Part shown: positions 39,608 through 49,545 of the stretch, in pieces
How the letters are laid out: every line of letters starts with the position of its first letter
How positions within the stretch are numbered: position 1 is the stretch's first letter
Assembly (NCBI GenBank): GCA_965262935.1
Contig: OZ253572.1
Location: forward strand, 6,846,445 to 6,910,444
DNA from: Spirochaetia bacterium
Lineage (GTDB): Bacteria > Spirochaetota > Spirochaetia > SZUA-6 > Bin103
Length of the DNA stretch: 64,000 nt
Reading direction: 5' to 3'
The notes under the pieces: model-generated
What the model was told of the DNA's origin: nothing
Databases searched by the model: none
What the model saw: the letters and a program-made list of their open reading frames with translations, nothing else
Translations under genes and position numbers: made by a program

Positions 39608-42574
39608 ATGGCGAAGCGCCGGACGCGCAAGAAACCGATCGAAGTAACGTCCATTACCCACGACGAGGCGTCGCGCCGGAACATCCCCACGGCCGAGTAC
39701 CGGTCGGTGATGGAAAAGGGCGATCAGAGCCCCATCCAGGTGGCCTACCAGCGCCGCAACCGCGACCTGGATCCGCAGCTCGTGTGGCGCGGCAAGGACG
39801 AGCAGGACTGGTCCGACCTCGTGGTGCAGGCGCCGCCGCTGTTCATCCAGGAGAAGGTGCACCCCAAGGTGCTGATCGACGACCTCCTGCGGCGCAGCAA
39901 GGAGGGGCAACAAGCAGCGCACGCCCAACTCGACCTGTTCGCCGACTTCAACGGCCTGCCGGACGACAACGCCCGCACCGAGTTCTACCGACACGACGCC
40001 AACTGGTCCAACCGCATGATCCTCGGCGACAGCCTGCAGGTAATGGCCTCCTTGGCCGAGCGTGAAGGGCTGCGCGGCAAGGTGCAGTGCATCTACCTCG
40101 ACCCGCCCTACGGCATCAAGTTCAACTCCAACTTCCAGTGGTCCACCACCAGCCGCGACGTGAAGGACGGCAAGGCAGAGCACATCACTCGCGAACCCGA
40201 GCAAGTCAAGGCCTTCCGCGACACTTGGCGTGACGGCATCCACTCCTATCTGACGTATCTACGTGATCGGCTGACGGTAGCACGTGATTTGCTTACCGAA
40301 AGCGGTAGTATATTTGTCCAAATCGGCGACGAGAATGTACATCGGGTAAGGGCACTGTTAGATGAAGTCATGGGACAGGATAACTTCGTGGCACAAATTG
40401 CTGCTACCAAGACCGCCGGACAGACAGATGCTCTCTTGCCGTCTTTGTTTGATACACTCCTGTGGTATAAGAGGAGTTCAGAGCGCTGCAAATTCCGACG
40501 TCTCTTTCGGGACAAGGGTGTTGGACAAGATGAAATTGGACAATACTACTTCGTTCAACTGAGTGATGGTACACGGAGCCGGCTGACTGAACGAGAGACA
40601 CTTTCCGGTCATGGTCTTGAACAGGGATCTCCGTTTCGCAGTTCCGATATCTCTAGCAACAAACCCTATAGCCTTGGTCGTCTACCATTTGAGTTCGAAG
40701 GCAGGGTATTTCTTCCCCCTGCAGGTCGTTACTGGACGCACAGTCCGGACGGTCGAGAACGGTTAAGGAAAGCCGACAGGTTGATCGCGATGGGAAAGAA
40801 TATTCGGTTCGTCGGTTTTCTGCAAGATGATCCCGTTTCAACGATTAGCAACCAATGGACTGACACTGGGATCAGCGGCTTCGCAGCCGACAAGGTTTAT
40901 GTCGTCCAGACCAGCCCGAAGTTAATTGAGCGGTGCATCCTGATGGCCACCGATCCTGGCGACCTTGTCTTGGACCCAACTTGTGGCTCAGGAAGCACGG
41001 CCTATGTCGCCGAGCAATGGGGACGGCGCTGGATTACCATCGATACCTCCCGCGTGGCTTTGGCTCTGGCCCGCTCCCGCGTCATGGGTGCACGTTATCC
41101 ATACTATCTGCTCACGGACAGCACGGCGGGCCGGCAGAAGGAAGCAGATATTACGCAGACGATCACGATGAAAGGGCTTGCGGGCCGCGACATCAGGCAG
41201 GGCTTCGTATACGAGCGTGCCACCCACGTCACTCCGAGGTTAATCGCCAACAACGCCGAGATCGACGTGATCTGGGAGCGGTGGCAGGAGACGCTGGAGC
41301 GGCTTCGGGCGGAACTGAACGGCGCGCTTGGTCGCGCGTGGGAGGAGTGGGAGGTCCCGCGAGAGGCTGGCGAGCCGTGGCCCGAGCCGGCGACGGCAGC
41401 GTGGAAACGGTTGCAGTCGGCCCAGTCCGATGCGCAGAGAGCCGACGCACTGTTGGCTTTGAACCACGCTCTGCGCCGCGACTACACCCTTGACGATGTC
41501 CCCGGCCAGCCGCGCGACCCGTGGGACGCGGTCCCCCGAACCGACCTGCACCGCCGCTGGTGGGAGGCGCGCATCGCGCGGCAGAAGGAGATCGATGCCT
41601 CCATCGCCGCCAAGGCGGACTTCGAGTACCTGTACGACAAGCCCTACGAGGATCGGGGCACCGTCCGCGTCGCCGGCCCGTTCACGGTGGAGAGCCTGGC
41701 GCCGCACCGCACGCTCGGCGTCGACGAGAATGACGAACTGATCGACCATCTCGCCGAGACCAAGACCGGCTACGACGGGCAGCAGGAATTCGCGACCATG
41801 ATCCTGGAGCACCTGAACACGTCGGGCGTCCAGCAGGCGCACCGGGAGGACCGCATCTCCTTCACCGCGCTCACCCCGTGGCCTGGTGACCTGATCTGCG
41901 CCGAGGGGCGCTACGTCGAAGGTGACGTGGACACCGGGACCGAACGCCGTGCCGGGATCTTCATCGGCCCGGAGTTCGGCACCGTTGCCCGCCCCGACCT
42001 GGTGGCCGCCGCCCTCGAAGCCGCCGACGCCGACTTCGACGTGCTGATCGCCTGCGCGTTCAGCTACGAGGCACACGCCACCGAGTTCAGCAAACTCGGC
42101 CGCATCCCGATTCTCAAGGCGCGTATGAACGCCGACCTGCACATGGCCGGCGACCTGAAGAACACCGGCAAGGGCAACCTGTTCGTGATCTTCGGCGAGC
42201 CGGACATCGAGATCATCCCGGTCCAGGACAACGCCACTCAGGCGTGCCAGATCCAGGTCAAGGTCAACGGCGTGGACGTGTTCCACCCCAACACCGGCGA
42301 AATCCGCAGCGACGGCCCGGACGGCATCGCCTGCTGGTTCGTCGACACCGACTACAACGAGGAGAGTTTCTTCGTCCGCCACGCCTACTTCCTCGGCGCC
42401 AACGACCCCTACAAGGCGCTCAAGACGACCCTCAAGACGGAGATCCACCGCGACGCCTGGGAAACCCTGCACAGCGACACCTCCCGCCCCTTCGACCGCC
42501 CCGCCTCCGGCCGCATCGCCGTCAAGGTCATCAACCACCTCGGCGACGAAGTAATGAAAGTCTTCCGCGTGTGA
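39608..42574 (+). CDS. mod: type III R-M N6-adenine DNA methyltransferase (Mod) with long C-terminal extension
   Basis: IYLDPPYGI (motif IV DPPY) and LVLDPTCGSGSTAYVA (motif I). Its ATG follows the res stop by 0 nt (TAGATG). The low-GC middle segment at 40250..41100 is the probable target-recognition domain. Confidence 0.9.
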   Translation: MAKRRTRKKPIEVTSITHDEASRRNIPTAEYRSVMEKGDQSPIQVAYQRRNRDLDPQLVWRGKDEQDWSDLVVQAPPLFIQEKVHPKVLIDDLLRRSKEGQQAAHAQLDLFADFNGLPDDNARTEFYRHDANWSNRMILGDSLQVMASLAEREGLRGKVQCIYLDPPYGIKFNSNFQWSTTSRDVKDGKAEHITREPEQVKAFRDTWRDGIHSYLTYLRDRLTVARDLLTESGSIFVQIGDENVHRVRALLDEVMGQDNFVAQIAATKTAGQTDALLPSLFDTLLWYKRSSERCKFRRLFRDKGVGQDEIGQYYFVQLSDGTRSRLTERETLSGHGLEQGSPFRSSDISSNKPYSLGRLPFEFEGRVFLPPAGRYWTHSPDGRERLRKADRLIAMGKNIRFVGFLQDDPVSTISNQWTDTGISGFAADKVYVVQTSPKLIERCILMATDPGDLVLDPTCGSGSTAYVAEQWGRRWITIDTSRVALALARSRVMGARYPYYLLTDSTAGRQKEADITQTITMKGLAGRDIRQGFVYERATHVTPRLIANNAEIDVIWERWQETLERLRAELNGALGRAWEEWEVPREAGEPWPEPATAAWKRLQSAQSDAQRADALLALNHALRRDYTLDDVPGQPRDPWDAVPRTDLHRRWWEARIARQKEIDASIAAKADFEYLYDKPYEDRGTVRVAGPFTVESLAPHRTLGVDENDELIDHLAETKTGYDGQQEFATMILEHLNTSGVQQAHREDRISFTALTPWPGDLICAEGRYVEGDVDTGTERRAGIFIGPEFGTVARPDLVAAALEAADADFDVLIACAFSYEAHATEFSKLGRIPILKARMNADLHMAGDLKNTGKGNLFVIFGEPDIEIIPVQDNATQACQIQVKVNGVDVFHPNTGEIRSDGPDGIACWFVDTDYNEESFFVRHAYFLGANDPYKALKTTLKTEIHRDAWETLHSDTSRPFDRPASGRIAVKVINHLGDEVMKVFRV

Positions 42575-42827
42575 CGACACGGATGTCGTCACAGTCAGCG
42601 CTTGCCGGATCGCTACAAACAAGGCGCACCTCTGACGGACCGAGTCCGGCGCAATCTTGTCTACGCGTAGTGCCGGGATTCCCAATCCCGCTCGGAAGTG
42701 CAAGGTGTGGCGACTCGGGGCGTCTCATGCCCGTGCCAGCGGTGCAGGTGCGTTCCGATACGGTCGAGCTGACGGGTCAGCGCACATTGTTGCAATTGTC
42801 TGCCACTTAATCGATCTCAGAAAGGCT

Positions 42828-43109
42828 ATGTCCAGAATCAGAGTGTTGTTCGATCTAAGTACCGTATCCAAGATGCATGGTCTAGGACGGCTTTCTCAGT
42901 TGGTTCCAATTGGCGGAAACGTAATCGCATATGCATCGACAGCTTTTCTTGAGGAACTTTCCGGTCTGCGTAGAAAGCATCCACGAATGTATGAAGAGAT
43001 CCTTGATTGGTATCGGTCTTGTACGTTCGGACGTTTGATCAAGCCGTGGAGGCAACTCATATACAGTGAGGGATGCGCTGAAATCAGTAAATCGCTGCCT
43101 GATAGATGA
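42828..43109 (+). CDS. hypothetical small protein
   Basis: Low-GC ORF starting MSRIRVLFDLSTVSKMHGLGR. Weak support. Confidence 0.25.
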   Translation: MSRIRVLFDLSTVSKMHGLGRLSQLVPIGGNVIAYASTAFLEELSGLRRKHPRMYEEILDWYRSCTFGRLIKPWRQLIYSEGCAEISKSLPDR

Positions 43110-43341
43110 GCGATACATAGCTGTTATTCATGGTCACGATGGAGAAGAGAGGGCTCGCGAGTACGCTGAATTCAAGAATCGTAGAGATGGCTTACGGTAT
43201 TCAGCCGTCGAGGGCGTCAACGAATGGCGGGTCGAGACGATCAACCATAAATCAAACGACGAGTACCGAGAAGTCACTTTCTACGGAATGTATGACGAGG
43301 ACAGAGCCCGCGAGTACGTTGCATTCAAGAATGCAACATAG
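43066..43341 (+). CDS. hypothetical small protein with internal duplication (EERAREYAEFKN / EDRAREYVAFKN)
   Basis: Low-GC 91-aa ORF; the internal repeat is seen in the translation. Confidence 0.3.
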   Translation: MRDALKSVNRCLIDERYIAVIHGHDGEERAREYAEFKNRRDGLRYSAVEGVNEWRVETINHKSNDEYREVTFYGMYDEDRAREYVAFKNAT

Positions 43342-43347
43342 TGGCAC

Positions 43348-44013
43348 CTATCGCCCGCCCCAACATTGCTGTGAGATTTGCGCCAAGTCATGTCGCAGGG
43401 TTTGCGGTGTGTGACGGTGATGTAGCTCTCTTAGTGTCTTTCCGTGGCAACACTTCACTAAGCGTCCGCTTCCGCACGGGCACAATCTATGTCCGTCATA
43501 TCCGTACTCGCTAAGGAAGCGGATTACTTCTACTGCCTCCTTCTCACATCTCAGGTCGAAGGCGTCCATGTAGAATTGTACTATCCCGGCAGAACCATGT
43601 TTTTGTTCCCCGAAAGGATGAACATCATGTTTCTCCCAATAGCGATATCCGTAAAGGAAGGGGACCAAAAGACGGTTTACGAACCCCAAAAGAGTCGGCT
43701 CGTTGTGAAATATGATGCGCGCCTTAATGGGAACGCAGAGGCAGAGCGTTCTGTCTGGATTTACGTGTTCGTACTCTTTAATTGAACCGCCGGTTTCCCT
43801 GGCTATGGGCAAGTCGTCTGGATACGATTCCGGTATGCACAATTCAACGTCGAAACAGGTCACAATGGACTCGAGTCCACCATAGTGTGCCCTAAACGGC
43901 AAAGCACCAGACAGGGCGGTTCCACCAACTTTCCTTTGTACTCTGGTCAGCTCTCGGTGGGTTTGCTGCAAGTCTCCGATCTGGCGCGACAATTCCTCGC
44001 TCAAACCCTCCAC
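43348..44013 (-). CDS. E2-like ubiquitin-conjugating-fold protein (short Cap2-like) with C-terminal SEC-C zinc motif
   Basis: EHVNPDRTLCLCVP matches the E2 HPN...C(L) catalytic signature. C-terminal CPCGSGRLVKCCHGK is a SEC-C motif. Overlaps the CD-NTase gene by 13 nt. Confidence 0.65.
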   Translation of the reverse strand: MEGLSEELSRQIGDLQQTHRELTRVQRKVGGTALSGALPFRAHYGGLESIVTCFDVELCIPESYPDDLPIARETGGSIKEYEHVNPDRTLCLCVPIKARIIFHNEPTLLGFVNRLLVPFLYGYRYWEKHDVHPFGEQKHGSAGIVQFYMDAFDLRCEKEAVEVIRFLSEYGYDGHRLCPCGSGRLVKCCHGKTLRELHHRHTPQTLRHDLAQISQQCWGGR

Positions 44014-45185
44014 GGCTTAGGGCCTTCTGCGATACTAATATTGGGAACGGGGATCGCTGGCGTTTCGGGCGAGATCAACGCAAGACGCGACGACGTGGCC
44101 GGGATGCCTAGGGCTGCGGCGAGAATACGGTCAGGGTTGGAACGACCAGTACCCAATATGTCAACCAAGTCCTCCTTCAGCTTAGCCACCCAACGGAAGA
44201 ACGCTCTGGCACGAGCGTGTCCATCCTCGTGCCATCGGTCGGCGAAATTCTCGTCTTGGTTGACAGGGTTACCAATATACCAAGTCCCATCTGGCTTGCG
44301 CCTGATAAGCTGCCTTCCTGCGAGGCTGCCTGTTGGCAATCGTCCTGCCATTAGTACGGCATGATCATCGAGCTGGCTTACAATTCCGGCAAGCGCTGCG
44401 TAAATGTCAAGTTCTCCTTGATACAGGTGCCCAGCGAGCGTGGTAATGATCATGGAGATTGGCCCATAGTCGCTGTTGCTGAACATAACGTCGCGGTGAC
44501 GTTTCATTATCTGGATGCTTCTCTGTAAGGGAGTACGGACTAGTTGATCGGGAACGTCGTCGATGGAAGCGTACACCGCCGCTTCCTGTCGAAAAATGGA
44601 CTCTTTCTGAGATGCGGCAACCCGCGCGAACGCTCCTCTGTTGCGTCCAGAGAACCATTCAGCGAAGCCACGGGGGTCGCTTGGCAACCAGTCATAGGTT
44701 CGGCCCTGCCTGTCCGTAATGGCAATCGCCGTAGGCCGACCGACTTTACTGTCAGGAACGCATGGCAGTATGTCCATGTGGAACCCGATGTTATCTTGTT
44801 CGGCATATTCAAGTGTCCAGCATCGACGGCCCTCATCATCGAGAAGGCCGAGATAGGTCTTGTGTTCGCGGAGGCGATCCCCGACCATCACCTTAACGGT
44901 CTTAGGTTCCGTTAGATATCGCGGAATAGACAGCTCGCACACCAGGTCGATATCATAGTCAGCCTCCGCCCCATGCTTGATCGGTCTTACGACAGTACCC
45001 AGGCGGAATGAACCCTGAGTGTAAATCGATGGAGTTTCGGACGAACCCTGATAGTTCCCGTTCTCCAGCCACTCTCCAACGGACTTGTACCTTTCGACTG
45101 CTTGTTGGTACTTGCTCGGTGAGATGTCGATGTCTTGTGCGATTCTGTTAAGAAACTCCGAATACCTCGCGTTGTCAATTGGCAT
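44001..45185 (-). CDS. cGAS/DncV-like nucleotidyltransferase (CD-NTase, SMODS domain)
   Basis: GSFRLGTVVRPIKHGAEADYDIDLV fits [GS]x..[DE]h[DE]h, with a third acidic site at HMDILP. Length is 394 aa. Confidence 0.8.
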   Translation of the reverse strand: MPIDNARYSEFLNRIAQDIDISPSKYQQAVERYKSVGEWLENGNYQGSSETPSIYTQGSFRLGTVVRPIKHGAEADYDIDLVCELSIPRYLTEPKTVKVMVGDRLREHKTYLGLLDDEGRRCWTLEYAEQDNIGFHMDILPCVPDSKVGRPTAIAITDRQGRTYDWLPSDPRGFAEWFSGRNRGAFARVAASQKESIFRQEAAVYASIDDVPDQLVRTPLQRSIQIMKRHRDVMFSNSDYGPISMIITTLAGHLYQGELDIYAALAGIVSQLDDHAVLMAGRLPTGSLAGRQLIRRKPDGTWYIGNPVNQDENFADRWHEDGHARARAFFRWVAKLKEDLVDILGTGRSNPDRILAAALGIPATSSRLALISPETPAIPVPNISIAEGPKPWRV

Positions 45186-45197
45186 AGTGTTCTCCGT

Positions 45198-46163
45198 CTA
45201 TAGTGTGTAGCATGGAATGAATTCCTCTGCTGTGGTGTCAAAGAACGTGGGCGTGAGGACGGGTTTTCTATCTCGTCCTAGAGAATGCCCAAGTCCCTTC
45301 AAATCGTCGATGACCTTCGCATCATCGAATTTGTATTGGTCTTGCGGTACTGTGTAGTCGATCCGGTGTAACGACTGGCGGTCATGCTCATGACCAAGAA
45401 GCAACCTAGTCATGCCTAGCGATCCATTGGACTGACCGTCCATGAACAGTTTTACGGCGTTTAGTCCGATTCGCACGAGACCAGACCGCTTGTGGACCGT
45501 GTATGTCTCGTCCAGGCAACCGAGGCTTAGCATGGAGAGAGACTCTGCTGGCCATTTCAGCACTGCGATAGCCTCGACGGCGGCAATTGCAGCTGGATTG
45601 TTGGCCCATATACCACCGTCAATCAGGCTCGCACCTTGTTTAGTGACATGCGGTGGAAAGATCGTCGAGGCGGCCGACGTGGCCATAGCTGCATCAATGG
45701 CAGGGGAGCGATAATCTGTCCGAAAGCGAGGATGGTGAGCGGTCTTGTAGACGTATACAGACTTGGCTTGCGGATTCCACGTTGGGACCACTAAACGGGT
45801 TCGAGAATCTCCGATGAGCTTGCTGCCTATCGTCTCTGTGAGTGCCGTCCGGAGTGCCTCGGGGCCGTACTTGGACCGAAATATCTGTCGGATGCGACGG
45901 GCAAACCGGGGCCCTCCGAATATCTTTGGGCCATGTTCTTCGTAGAAGTCGAGAACATCTGAAGCTCTATACCCAAGCCCAAGCGCAATCCCTATTATGC
46001 CGCCAGTAGACGTTCCCACGATTAGATCGAAATAAGAGCCTATTGGCTCTTGTAGGTCTTTCTCTAGCTCTGCGAGGAAGGCTGCGGGGAACGTACCAAG
46101 GATGCCTCCTCCGTCAATAGAGAGGATGCGCCGTTTCTTGTCGATGGGCCCCTGAGGTTCCAA
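45198..46163 (-). CDS. patatin-like phospholipase (CapV-like CBASS effector)
   Basis: IDGGGILGTF oxyanion motif, GTSTGG nucleophile elbow (GxSxG), and LIDGGIWANNP carrying the catalytic Asp (DG motif). Confidence 0.85.
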   Translation of the reverse strand: MEPQGPIDKKRRILSIDGGGILGTFPAAFLAELEKDLQEPIGSYFDLIVGTSTGGIIGIALGLGYRASDVLDFYEEHGPKIFGGPRFARRIRQIFRSKYGPEALRTALTETIGSKLIGDSRTRLVVPTWNPQAKSVYVYKTAHHPRFRTDYRSPAIDAAMATSAASTIFPPHVTKQGASLIDGGIWANNPAAIAAVEAIAVLKWPAESLSMLSLGCLDETYTVHKRSGLVRIGLNAVKLFMDGQSNGSLGMTRLLLGHEHDRQSLHRIDYTVPQDQYKFDDAKVIDDLKGLGHSLGRDRKPVLTPTFFDTTAEEFIPCYTL

Positions 46164-46417
46164 GGATCGATGTGCTCCACGCTACCGAAGTTCCGTCGCG
46201 GGGATGCCGGTGCGTCCAGTAGCTCTCTTTTTTGTGGTGGTGAGAAGCTACGTATTCCCAGGATGGCGTGTCAACCCCGAATCTTTGAGCGGCCGACCAC
46301 CATAGCAACGGTGTCGGTGGTCATACCGAGCGGTCGTAAGGTATACGCGTCCGAGAGGACCATGACAGGCCGATTGGGTTGAGACGATTCCCGTAATATG
46401 CTACAGTATCAGCATAT

Positions 46418-46790
46418 ATGGCATGGAAGCGAACGCAGCACAAAGCGCCAGGGAAGTACTACCGCAACGGGATCACGCTGATCGACCTGATGCGGATGTT
46501 CCCGGACGACGCAACCGCCGAGCAGTGGTTCGTCGAAGGCCGCTGGCCTGCCGGCGTGCGCTGTCCGTACTGCCACAGCGACCGAGCCACCCGCTGCACG
46601 CACAAGACCATGCCGTTCCGCTGCCCGAGCTGCCGCACGTTCTTTTCGGTCAAGACGGACACGGTAATACACGCCTCCAGGGTCGGCTACCAGAAATGGG
46701 CCATCGCCATCTACCTGATGACCACGCGGATCAAGGGCATCTCAAGCATGAACATGCACCGCGAGATCGGCGTCACCCAAGAAGACGGCG
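46418..46790 (+). pseudogene. IS1595-family (ISXO2-like) transposase N-terminal fragment
   Basis: The zinc-ribbon region CPYCHS...CPSCRTFFSVKTDTVIHASRVGYQKWAIAIYLMTTRIKGISSMNMHREIGVTQ matches the family. The DDE domain is absent because the frame degenerates after ~125 aa. Confidence 0.65.
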
Positions 46791-47176
46791 TGGTATATGT
46801 GCCACCGGATGCTCCGATGCTGCTACCGGGGCCCACCAAGCGGTCCTTGCTGAATTCTATAGGTAGTTGCCGCGGCACTACTCCAGGTAATTCCCCACCG
46901 CGGTTCGCGACACCTTCAGCGCGCCTCCAATCGCCCGCTCGCTGCTGCACACCCACGGGGCGAGGCGGTTCAAACAAGGTTGCCAATGCGAATGGTACGG
47001 AAGATATCGTTGGTCGCCGAGCGCAAATCGCGCCAAATGACTTGCCCGAGCTACCGCCGGCTATCGTCGCCGGGCAGCAGTATCACTACGGGTTACCGGT
47101 CAAAGGAGGCAAACTCCAGGATGCTGCCGCCCGATCCATTTCCACACCTCTTGACGGAACCTTCCCGGGGTGCGGG

Positions 47177-48154
47177 TCAAGCGTCCGACGTGGCAACGGG
47201 TCTGTCCCATTCTTCGGAACCGGACCAAATGCGATAAACGGTTGGTTGTCGCTCAGCGCCAGGGACGTTTGACTTCCCTACAACAATCATTTCGTGACAA
47301 CGATCTACTATTCGGCTACGCGCTGACAAGTCCGTCCTTACCGGTGAAATCAACCCGGCTACACCTGATATATCAACTCCGTCCTTGCGAGGATCACTAT
47401 TTGTCACCAATTCCTGCATCATGCGAATGATGTACAAACCAGAATAGATTACCACCAACTGAACGTAAGAGAGGCATCCGAAATGGACGCAGTTTGCCAT
47501 TCTATAGCGCTTTCCTGCGCCTCTATCTATGTCATCCGGTTTCACGCCAACGGCCACAACCGCGGGGAGCTGATCAGTATTGGCGTGAGCACCTTCGAAA
47601 TCTGCTACTAATTTCAGCGCATCCCTCACTGTATATCCAACGGAATTGACCTGCATAATCTTCATCTCAAGCCACTTATCCATACTGATCGGGCTTCCAC
47701 TTACATCGAATGGACTTGTCATTTTACACCATCCGTCTTCTTGAAATTCGATACCGTACAACCGCCCAATCTTTATTTTATGCTCACTCTCTGGTACCAC
47801 GACCTGTTCTCTCCTCCCACCCTCGAACCCCAACACCCATTCCTGACGCTGGGTACGCCGCTTCAATATTGCCTTACTGTACTTGCCTTTTTCTCCACCC
47901 ACTGACAGGAACTGCGGATCCAAAACAACTCTCTGCAGCAATCTAGCCTGTCCGTCCAAGCAAAGTTTTCGTATAGGTACTGACATCTGTCTGACGGCTG
48001 TTCGCAAAAGCAGTAGGGCGGTGTTCTCATTTGAATGAGAATAGGCGATTACCAACCGCTGTGCAGCTGTTGCGAGTTCCGTGACACACTCTAACATAGC
48101 ATTCACGGTCATAGGATGAACCTTTTTGTTCCAGTTCCACTCGATGCTTTCCAA
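47177..48154 (-). CDS. hypothetical protein (about 300 aa), low-GC
   Basis: Long ORF with distinctly lower GC over 47400..48150. The 3' end (47177..47300) is in high-GC DNA and may be over-extended. No motif recognised. Confidence 0.4.
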   Translation of the reverse strand: MESIEWNWNKKVHPMTVNAMLECVTELATAAQRLVIAYSHSNENTALLLLRTAVRQMSVPIRKLCLDGQARLLQRVVLDPQFLSVGGEKGKYSKAILKRRTQRQEWVLGFEGGRREQVVVPESEHKIKIGRLYGIEFQEDGWCKMTSPFDVSGSPISMDKWLEMKIMQVNSVGYTVRDALKLVADFEGAHANTDQLPAVVAVGVKPDDIDRGAGKRYRMANCVHFGCLSYVQLVVIYSGLYIIRMMQELVTNSDPRKDGVDISGVAGLISPVRTDLSARSRIVDRCHEMIVVGKSNVPGAERQPTVYRIWSGSEEWDRPVATSDA

Positions 48155-49008
48155 GACAATGGCCTCCCTGGCTTTAGCGCGAAAGAAAATTATGAGCTGT
48201 ACGATCGTCGGATTCTTTTTGTCACGACTGGTGGCGTCGTTCGCGATAGACCCGCATACTCACGATGTTCGAGAAGAGAACGCGGTGTCTTCGTTTTTAG
48301 GAGGCACCGAACTGATTCTTCCAAGCGGTTTCGAGTCCCTCAGGACCTCACAGCGGTGCGCCGCTTGACTTGTGTGGTAAGCACACTGGGGACAACCGGT
48401 TTCCAATGCCAACGCATGCTGTGCTGTTCGTGCCGTCGTTGTGCTCCTCCTGGTGGACAGCGGCGTTCTGTTCGCGAAGGGCCGCTGTCAGGTCTCGGGC
48501 GCAGCTGGCGACCCGCTTCATGCCCGTTCATGCTCCCAATGCCGCCGTAGAGCCTGCAGCCATTTCGGCCGGGGTGGTGCCAGCCGGTCAACCTCCGTAT
48601 CTCTCGGTCAGCAGTCGCCCTCTTAGCAAACGTAACCCACTCCGCCATCGGGAGTCGAGGCGAGGGCATAGAACGGAGGTCGTTCCGGAAATGATTCGGA
48701 GAGAGACACGGTAACGGTCAGGAGCGGACTGACACGAGCGGGGCGTTGAGACAGCGAAGTTCGTCGACGGAGCCCTGGCGGGGATGCTCTACCGCTTTCC
48801 GAATGCCGTAGACCCGGAGCTGTCCGACCGGCGGCCGACCACCGCCGCCTGATCTCGACGAGGAGGGGCGGGTTGACAACCAACGGAATACACCTCACAA
48901 TACCCCCCCCTCACCGTCCAACTGACGGTGGCCACCTCAATTTTCAATTGCCGATCCCGTGGTATCTACGGCTTTTCTATAGATGGCCGAGGGGGAGATC
49001 ATCAAGTA

Positions 49009-49545
49009 ATGTCGAAACGAGGATTGCGGCTCCGTGACGCATTTTCGCCTTTGGAACCGAAATCTAACCATGTTCATCTTTGTGATGCGTTCGGGGTAGT
49101 ACAAAACGTCATTAGAAGATATTCCGATAAGTTGTGGCCGGATGGTGCTAAAGAGTGCGATAAATGGAATTCCATTTGTAATGAGCTAATTGACCTGACA
49201 AATGGAGTATCACATAGAGAAGAAGACAGGTCATTTGAGGATGTACTTCGTGACCTAATTCATGTCTTCCAGCATGGCGAGGCACGGATTGCCGAGTTAT
49301 TAGACTCTAACTCCATCACAATTCCAGAAGAAGAAATCACACAACATGATGAAGCTATTTTTCAGTGGATGGACAGGGTATTTCGGGCACTTGTTTATGG
49401 TGCTATCAATTCACGTTTACCCGACAAGCAAGACTCTACTTTGGTAAGAATAACCTTGTTTATGGATGGATCGCCATCGAAAGAGGTTTTTGAACATACA
49501 CCCATGCCTAAACCACCGAGACGATATCGCAAGAAATATATGTAA
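49009..49545 (+). CDS. hypothetical protein (178 aa), low-GC
   Basis: Start MSKRGLRLRDAF; low-GC island ORF with no motif. Confidence 0.4.
   Translation: MSKRGLRLRDAFSPLEPKSNHVHLCDAFGVVQNVIRRYSDKLWPDGAKECDKWNSICNELIDLTNGVSHREEDRSFEDVLRDLIHVFQHGEARIAELLDSNSITIPEEEITQHDEAIFQWMDRVFRALVYGAINSRLPDKQDSTLVRITLFMDGSPSKEVFEHTPMPKPPRRYRKKYM

Noticed and set aside
37361-42703. 960-aa and 487-aa minus-strand ORFs
   Set aside because: Antisense to res and mod, which carry unambiguous helicase and methyltransferase motifs.
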